A stretch of 64,000 bases of DNA from a virus: the IMG/VR virus record IMGVR_UViG_3300043470_000815; one strand, given 5' to 3'. Under the pieces are notes generated by a model. It had not been told where the DNA came from. It ran no database searches and saw only the letters and a list, made by a program, of their open reading frames with translations. Shown in pieces: positions 58,290 to 64,000 of this stretch (position 1 is its first letter; the number at the start of each line of letters is the position of its first letter). A program made the translations under genes and the position numbers.

Positions 58290-59051
58290 TCAAAAATGTT
58301 CATATAAATAATTATAAGTTTTTTGCATCCAAAAGTTGACTTCGGTTGGCCCTTTTGACATTGCATTAAAATGATAAACACCGGAAATTTGTGTAAATAA
58401 CATTCTATCATCTAAAATGTTTTTTCTTGACAAATCTTGCATGTTGTATTGATATGGTAAAAGTTTAACCTCAACGTCAGCACTATTCCGAACAATCATG
58501 TTTAGTAAAGGTTGATCGCAACCGTTCCCCCACCGTTTCTGCATATCCTGAATTTTATCTTCATGTCTCCAGTAAAAATCAAGTACATTTTGATGCAAAT
58601 GTCTATAATTTTTATTTGTTATCATAAATCCTGTATTAAAATAATTCCAAACATCTTCAACTTTGCATTTATCCGTACCGTAAAATTCATATTGATAATT
58701 TTCAATACTACGAATTACCCAATCATAATCACCATCATTATGTACAGCACAAAATTTCCCATCAGATAGTTTAAAAAAATCAGGACAGTCGGGATGAACA
58801 ATTGTATCAGCATCCACCATACAGATTTGATCGTAGTCAATATTAGATTCTTGTAACAAATCAAAAACATAATGTCGCATCAAAATTGGATTCATTCGAT
58901 TCATATCCACGACGGGTTCGGTTAATACAATAGTTGAATAACTATGCTTTTTTGCCCAATGTTGCCAACTTTTTATACTCAAATCATACATATCAGTACG
59001 ATTTGGTTTGGCTGGATTTTTGATGTTGACAAGAAATATTATGTTCGTCAT
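58290..59051 (-). CDS. GT8-like glycosyltransferase
   Basis: VDADT, YFNTG, DQPLLN, YHFN. Confidence 0.85.
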   Translation of the reverse strand: MTNIIFLVNIKNPAKPNRTDMYDLSIKSWQHWAKKHSYSTIVLTEPVVDMNRMNPILMRHYVFDLLQESNIDYDQICMVDADTIVHPDCPDFFKLSDGKFCAVHNDGDYDWVIRSIENYQYEFYGTDKCKVEDVWNYFNTGFMITNKNYRHLHQNVLDFYWRHEDKIQDMQKRWGNGCDQPLLNMIVRNSADVEVKLLPYQYNMQDLSRKNILDDRMLFTQISGVYHFNAMSKGPTEVNFWMQKTYNYLYEHF

Positions 59052-59052
59052 T

Positions 59053-59592
59053 TTATCTTAATATTTGTTTAACAATTTTTTCGTATTCATCATCGGTCAA
59101 TTTATATTCAACTTCCCAATCCTGTACACTTGTAGTTATTGGAATAATATCTTTTATCATTTCTGCATTAGATTTTTTAAATTCGACCGTATCATTCATT
59201 ACCGTTTCAATTCCTTTTAATATAGACTTTAAAGCATGTTCATTTCCGTTGAATATACGTGTCAAATTAATTAAAAAATATTGTTTATTTGTATCCGATC
59301 TAATACAATCTATAAAATTTCGTGCTGCATAATACATATTTTGTTTATCTCTGTCACCTTTAGTTGTAATTATCAAATCGTGATATTTCATCCGCAAAAC
59401 GCCATTTTCCCAAATCTTAGGCATTTTCTTATTTTTAAAATCGCATAAATCACATTCAAAATCAATGACCGATAATTCTAAAGTAATTGGATCATACGCA
59501 AATGTTATCTGACACCTACCTAAGTCTATTGAAGGTTTCTTGGATTCAATGGTTGGGTGGTTGCGTTTAAATATTTTAAATATTTTTATCAT
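59053..59592 (-). CDS. hypothetical protein
   Basis: 179-aa ORF. Confidence 0.65.
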   Translation of the reverse strand: MIKIFKIFKRNHPTIESKKPSIDLGRCQITFAYDPITLELSVIDFECDLCDFKNKKMPKIWENGVLRMKYHDLIITTKGDRDKQNMYYAARNFIDCIRSDTNKQYFLINLTRIFNGNEHALKSILKGIETVMNDTVEFKKSNAEMIKDIIPITTSVQDWEVEYKLTDDEYEKIVKQILR

Positions 59593-60020
59593 CGTATTTT
59601 TTCAATAATTTCAATTTCTAAATCACTCCAATATTCATGTTCGGGATAAACACTTCGATAAATTCGTCGATCACCCGACCAATGTGCTGCTTCCACAATT
59701 AATTCAGTACCTACCAATCCAAGTTTCAATGATTGAGCATTTTCGTCTGCATTATCCGACCATTCTTCATATAAATGAAACATTCCAGTTAAATTTCGGT
59801 CATCTACTGATTTAACCTTAGCAATAAATTGTTCTGAATGATAATAGTCAGCGGATGGTAATATCACATTTTCTAAAAAACCTAATGAACTTGTAATTTT
59901 ACACGAATAACCATTTTCAACAATTATTCCTTTCCCAACTCCAAATCCATTTTTTTTCCAAACTGTAACAAATGGATAATCGTTTATTATTTGTTGTGTC
60001 ATGTATTTAAATTTTAACAT
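59589..60020 (-). CDS. hypothetical protein
   Basis: 143-aa ORF. Confidence 0.65.
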   Translation of the reverse strand: MLKFKYMTQQIINDYPFVTVWKKNGFGVGKGIIVENGYSCKITSSLGFLENVILPSADYYHSEQFIAKVKSVDDRNLTGMFHLYEEWSDNADENAQSLKLGLVGTELIVEAAHWSGDRRIYRSVYPEHEYWSDLEIEIIEKIR

Positions 60021-60262
60021 CTATTGTATTTTCACCGTAATTATAAAGTCCTGAATCCAACCAAGCAGTTTTTTCGGGAAGTTCACAGTTAAAAATATGA
60101 GAATTTAACCAAATTTGTTTACCTTGGGGGGTTGTTAAAATTAATTTATCGTTATAAATAAGATTAATTAAATCTTTATAATTAATTATTAAGTCATTAC
60201 CACCATTGTCGTCTAAATATTGGTCAATTTCTGACCAGTTTATTTGTTGTCGCATATTTTTA

Positions 60263-61309
60263 TCATAATATCAATTTTTCGTATAATTCATTAGCAAAAG
60301 AAACACTTGTTCCAATTTTTCCACCAAACAGGCTTATTAATCGGTCATTGTGCTTGATAATCTCGGTAGGTCGTGCGTCGTCATGTTCATGTTTTGGTAA
60401 AACTGTCCTAACAGTGTACATAGAACCAATATAATCCAATTTTGTTTCAAGCAATTGTTCACACTCGCTAATTATTTTTTTATGTTTAGAATCCGAAAAC
60501 ACCTGTACCATACCGTCATTTAAGACACTTTTATAAGTTTCGGGTACATTGTATTGCTTACCAACCAACCTATCATGTATAGCCTCTTTAACGTGTCCTA
60601 GAATCGACATATCAACGTTTAAACCAAACGGGTCAATACAACAAAAATCACCATCCATTATTACCAAACTTTTATTTTTAAATTTATCAGGTGTTTTTAC
60701 AATTACCTTTTCAACTAATTCAAATTGATAATCGTGTTGGGCAACTGGTTCAAGTAAATCATTGATGTTGGCGTATGTGGCATTGATTATCAAATCAAAC
60801 TCTCCAGTATCAGTAAATGTGGTATTAAATTTACATTCAATATTATGTTTATTAAGTTTATAACAAATATCGTAATATAACAAAGAAAAATCAAATGAAT
60901 TTTCATTGACCTTAACAATTAATTGACAACTATCTAAAAACGGTTCAACTACTTGATATTCAAGATTATTTTCTTTTAAAAACTGAATGTATTGTAGAGG
61001 TGTTACTTTTGAATCATAATTTGCAATTGCATAAAAATGTTCATAGTCTTTGACAATACATTGTTTAAATTCATTTTCAAAATCTTGAACTGAATCCTTT
61101 GTAAACCGAACTGTATTTACCGAACGTGGATAATGATAACCACGATGTAAACGGTATTGATTAATTCCGCTTGCAGATTGTAAAATGGTTGAATGTTTAT
61201 CGAATAAAATCACATCGTAGCCAACCCGTGCTAATTTTATAGCAGCAGTACAACCAAATATTCCAGCACCAACAACCGCTATTTTCATATCCATTTGGTA
61301 GGTGTCCAT
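60263..61309 (-). CDS. FAD-dependent oxidoreductase (DAO-like)
   Basis: VVGAGIFG, ASGINQYRLHRGYHYPRS, GGKI. Confidence 0.9.
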   Translation of the reverse strand: MDTYQMDMKIAVVGAGIFGCTAAIKLARVGYDVILFDKHSTILQSASGINQYRLHRGYHYPRSVNTVRFTKDSVQDFENEFKQCIVKDYEHFYAIANYDSKVTPLQYIQFLKENNLEYQVVEPFLDSCQLIVKVNENSFDFSLLYYDICYKLNKHNIECKFNTTFTDTGEFDLIINATYANINDLLEPVAQHDYQFELVEKVIVKTPDKFKNKSLVIMDGDFCCIDPFGLNVDMSILGHVKEAIHDRLVGKQYNVPETYKSVLNDGMVQVFSDSKHKKIISECEQLLETKLDYIGSMYTVRTVLPKHEHDDARPTEIIKHNDRLISLFGGKIGTSVSFANELYEKLIL

Positions 61310-61623
61310 TCACTCCAACCAAGCCGAGGGCCGCCCAACAATGGATTGAACCAATTTATAAGTGTGGTTTCAATGCGTTTTTCCTCCCAACTTGCTTTGC
61401 ATAACCATCGGGTTTTACCAAAGATAGTTTTTGGTAATTTTAGGAATTTTGTGACTTGGCGGGTTTGTGACTTTTCACCATATTGGGTTGTTAGTTGGGT
61501 AATACCATTTTCAAGTTGTCGGTACTCGTCTGTTAAAAATTTACCTTTCCTTATTTCGGTGATAATGTCTTTGTCCCCGTTGTCATGTATTTTTTCAGTG
61601 ATAATTGGATATTTTTTAGTCAT
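61285..61623 (-). CDS. hypothetical protein
   Basis: 112-aa ORF. Confidence 0.6.
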   Translation of the reverse strand: MTKKYPIITEKIHDNGDKDIITEIRKGKFLTDEYRQLENGITQLTTQYGEKSQTRQVTKFLKLPKTIFGKTRWLCKASWEEKRIETTLINWFNPLLGGPRLGWSEWTPTKWI

Positions 61624-61633
61624 ATTTTAAAAT

Positions 61634-61924
61634 TTAAGGTAAAAGTACCACGCATGGAAATAATTGATCGGGGTATTGTGAAACATATTTCATATATTCA
61701 TCATAATTTTTAAATTCAGATGGATCATAAGTACAAATTTCATTAGCATAGGGATCAAAAAAATTTACTTGATAATCGCTATCATCAAGTGGATGTTTCG
61801 CTGCAAAGTCAACTTGATCCAATTCGTAAAATCCAAACGATTCACGTGAATCTAATATTACAATGTTTTTATCTTGGGTGGGAGGTATTGAATTTACAAT
61901 ATCTCTTAATTGTTTGACTGTCAT
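61634..61924 (-). CDS. hypothetical protein, paralog of 62001-62270
   Basis: shared MTxKQL..I.NxIPxxQD and C-terminal PCxVL. Confidence 0.7.
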   Translation of the reverse strand: MTVKQLRDIVNSIPPTQDKNIVILDSRESFGFYELDQVDFAAKHPLDDSDYQVNFFDPYANEICTYDPSEFKNYDEYMKYVSQYPDQLFPCVVLLP

Positions 61925-62000
61925 AAATAAAATTTTTGTTTAAATTTTCAATTTAATCTTTTTATATTTTATCTTTTTAATTTTAAATTTATTTTAAATA

Positions 62001-62270
62001 CTACCACAATACAATACATGGTTTCATTGTTTCATCAACACATTCTTCCAACCACTCTTCATAACTTTCATATTCTTCCGAATCATACCAAGCAGTTTCA
62101 CCATCATACGATGAATAATATTGTTCGGGAAATACAGCATTATCATTTAATGAAAAATCAAATAATTCTTTAAAACCGTTTCTTTCATCATCACTTGATT
62201 TAATAACTAAAAAGTCATCTTGGTCGGACGGAATTGCATTAATAATTTCTTTTAATTGTTTGATTGTCAT
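62001..62270 (-). CDS. hypothetical protein, paralog of 61634-61924
   Basis: as above. Confidence 0.7.
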   Translation of the reverse strand: MTIKQLKEIINAIPSDQDDFLVIKSSDDERNGFKELFDFSLNDNAVFPEQYYSSYDGETAWYDSEEYESYEEWLEECVDETMKPCIVLW

Positions 62271-62643
62271 TTATATAATTAAATAATTATTCGGGTTCTA
62301 TTTGATTTTGTAATTGAGCAACTTCTAATTTTAATTGTTCGATTTCAGTAACCAATTCAAAAATACACCTTTTCAATAAAAAAATTGTTTGGTTGGTATT
62401 TAATTCACCATTTTCGTTCATTGTAAGTGGCATAGTTTCGTCTAAACCAATAGTTTTGAGTAATTTCAGTTTATCTATATTAGTCATATTTTTTTATTTA
62501 AATCTAACCATTTTTGTAATTCGAGGTATAATAAAAAATCATCATTAAATTCATTAGTCCCACATTTTCCGAGCATGTAAATAAACATTTCCCCCCACCA
62601 AACACGAAACTTGCGTGGGAGTTTTATTAATAGTTTTTTCATT

Positions 62644-63387
62644 CTAATAGTTATCTTGAATAAAATCCCACACATCTGACATTATTTTTACACGATCTTC
62701 AATGGGAAAACCTGTAAAATGCCAAACATAAGCGTATTTAATAAAGTAAGGAGTTTTGTCAATATTTAACTGCCAATTATGTTGAAACATATTCTTTCGA
62801 TGAATTGACAGTAGATTCCAAGAAGGATCGAGTAAATTAATTTTTACACGGTCTTCATTTAATTGAAAATTTAACAATGTTTGTTCTTTTCCACCCGATG
62901 TTAATTTATCAATTTCATGCTTCCAAACCAAGTAATAATTCATTAGGTTTTTAAATGATTTCAAAACATCATTCGTGAAAAATAGAACTCCAGCATTTAG
63001 ATATTTCATTAAATCTAATTCAACATCGGGATAATACATTTGTCTATCTTTAATACTTGACATTACCCAATTTAAATCGCATAAATCGTTAACGCCATAT
63101 ATTCCATCAATCACCAAATCAAAAATATTTGGTGCATCCCACCGAATCATTGTATCCGAATCAACAATTCCAATTTTTTCGTATTTATGTCCCACCTCCC
63201 AAATTTTTTCCTTATTCCAAACAGGGAAAGTAAACCTCGGATCGTGTTCTGTACAAACAATAAGATCAATACTGTGTTTTTTACAATAATATTCCCATGT
63301 TTTTAGGGAGTATTGTGCGTAATCGTTGCATTGTACTTGCTTGGTTGGATCGTTGATATTAACGATATATATTAAGTTTTTATTCAT
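62644..63387 (-). CDS. GT8-like glycosyltransferase
   Basis: VDSDT, YLNAGV, EQTLLN, WHFTG; paralog of 58290-59051. Confidence 0.85.
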   Translation of the reverse strand: MNKNLIYIVNINDPTKQVQCNDYAQYSLKTWEYYCKKHSIDLIVCTEHDPRFTFPVWNKEKIWEVGHKYEKIGIVDSDTMIRWDAPNIFDLVIDGIYGVNDLCDLNWVMSSIKDRQMYYPDVELDLMKYLNAGVLFFTNDVLKSFKNLMNYYLVWKHEIDKLTSGGKEQTLLNFQLNEDRVKINLLDPSWNLLSIHRKNMFQHNWQLNIDKTPYFIKYAYVWHFTGFPIEDRVKIMSDVWDFIQDNY

Positions 63388-63757
63388 TTTTATTGAATAT
63401 TCCGTCGGGGTTGGTGGGCATTATTGAAAAATCGTTTAAAAGAAATTCATTCGTTTTAAGTTCTAATGGGATGGGAGGACATGTCTTATACGACCACCAT
63501 TCCGAACCATCATATTCACCGCGTTCCGACCAACTACCATCGGCGTACCAAATAGTACCTTCCAATTCTATACTACCATAACCATTATCATAATCAAAAT
63601 CAATTGATTTTAGAAAGTTTCGATAATCATCAGTTGTATAATTAACTTTTAATTCGTAATATATCTTTTCTTTACGTGATAATTCGTAAATTAACGTAGC
63701 ACAAAGTACTTTACGATCTTCAATATGTTCCAAAAATTCCGTTTTAGCGTTCGTCAT
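63380..63757 (-). CDS. conserved phage hypothetical protein
   Basis: NAKTEFL..YDNGYG..GTIWYADGSWSERGEYDGSEWW, common in large phages (recall). Confidence 0.75.
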   Translation of the reverse strand: MTNAKTEFLEHIEDRKVLCATLIYELSRKEKIYYELKVNYTTDDYRNFLKSIDFDYDNGYGSIELEGTIWYADGSWSERGEYDGSEWWSYKTCPPIPLELKTNEFLLNDFSIMPTNPDGIFNKNE

Positions 63758-64000
63758 ATATTATTTAGTTTACGTGAAACATTACCAATTATTGTATCTG
63801 AATCCGCCAACCTAGTCCGTTCATCGAATACAAACTTATGACTTTTATTATAATTTAATAAGTTAGCCTGACTAATTATAAATTCAAAAGCACGATCACG
63901 TGATTCCATCAAGAAATCTATTTGCGTAATTAATGGTTCGATTAATTCCCGAACTTCTTCTTTGGTATATTCTTTTTGCATACTAATAACTAAAAACCAA

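Noticed and set aside
1002-63581. Many short plus-strand ORFs in the track (e.g. 1002, 25081, 37147, 43009, 46642, 61295) and small nested minus-strand ORFs
   Set aside because: They are antisense or out-of-frame shadows of well-supported genes, with no promoter or motif support
1-64000. Stop-codon reassignment (code 15/4), seen in some Bacteroidota phages
   Set aside because: Long genes are uninterrupted in the standard code, and no convincing suppressor tRNA is present (the 31170 element has a defective loop)

Overview
Fragment of a large, very AT-rich tailed phage genome (jumbo-myovirus type). The host is most likely Bacteroidota: about 19 promoters match the Bacteroidota sigma-70 consensus TTG-N~20-TAnnTTTG. 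Almost all genes are on the minus strand, in short promoter-headed cassettes of small hypothetical ORFs. Recognisable genes: T4 Rnl1-type RNA ligase, two metallophosphoesterases (one frameshifted), a plus-strand tail tube / tail chaperone island with a probable programmed frameshift, a signal-peptide clan GH-A glycoside hydrolase, a DUF2828-like (TROVE/Ro60-related) vWA protein, two HNH endonucleases, a subtilisin, a PAS-domain membrane protein, four peptidoglycan hydrolases, Hsp20 and a dispersed glycosyltransferase/epimerase/methyltransferase set. A ~2.1 kb repeat-rich non-coding block (12.6-14.7 kb) looks like an origin or genome end. The most striking feature is at 24.2-32.2 kb. Six normal tRNAs are interleaved with at least seven RNAs that share a covarying helix followed by an unpaired ACAA(U) motif. 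This module occurs in four topologies: circularly permuted tRNA (YrlA-like), replacing the anticodon arm, replacing the acceptor stem, and stand-alone. Three of these RNAs lie just upstream of the DUF2828-like gene, whose own start codon sits in a miniature copy of the motif. All family calls come from motif recognition by eye; no searches or folding programs were run.
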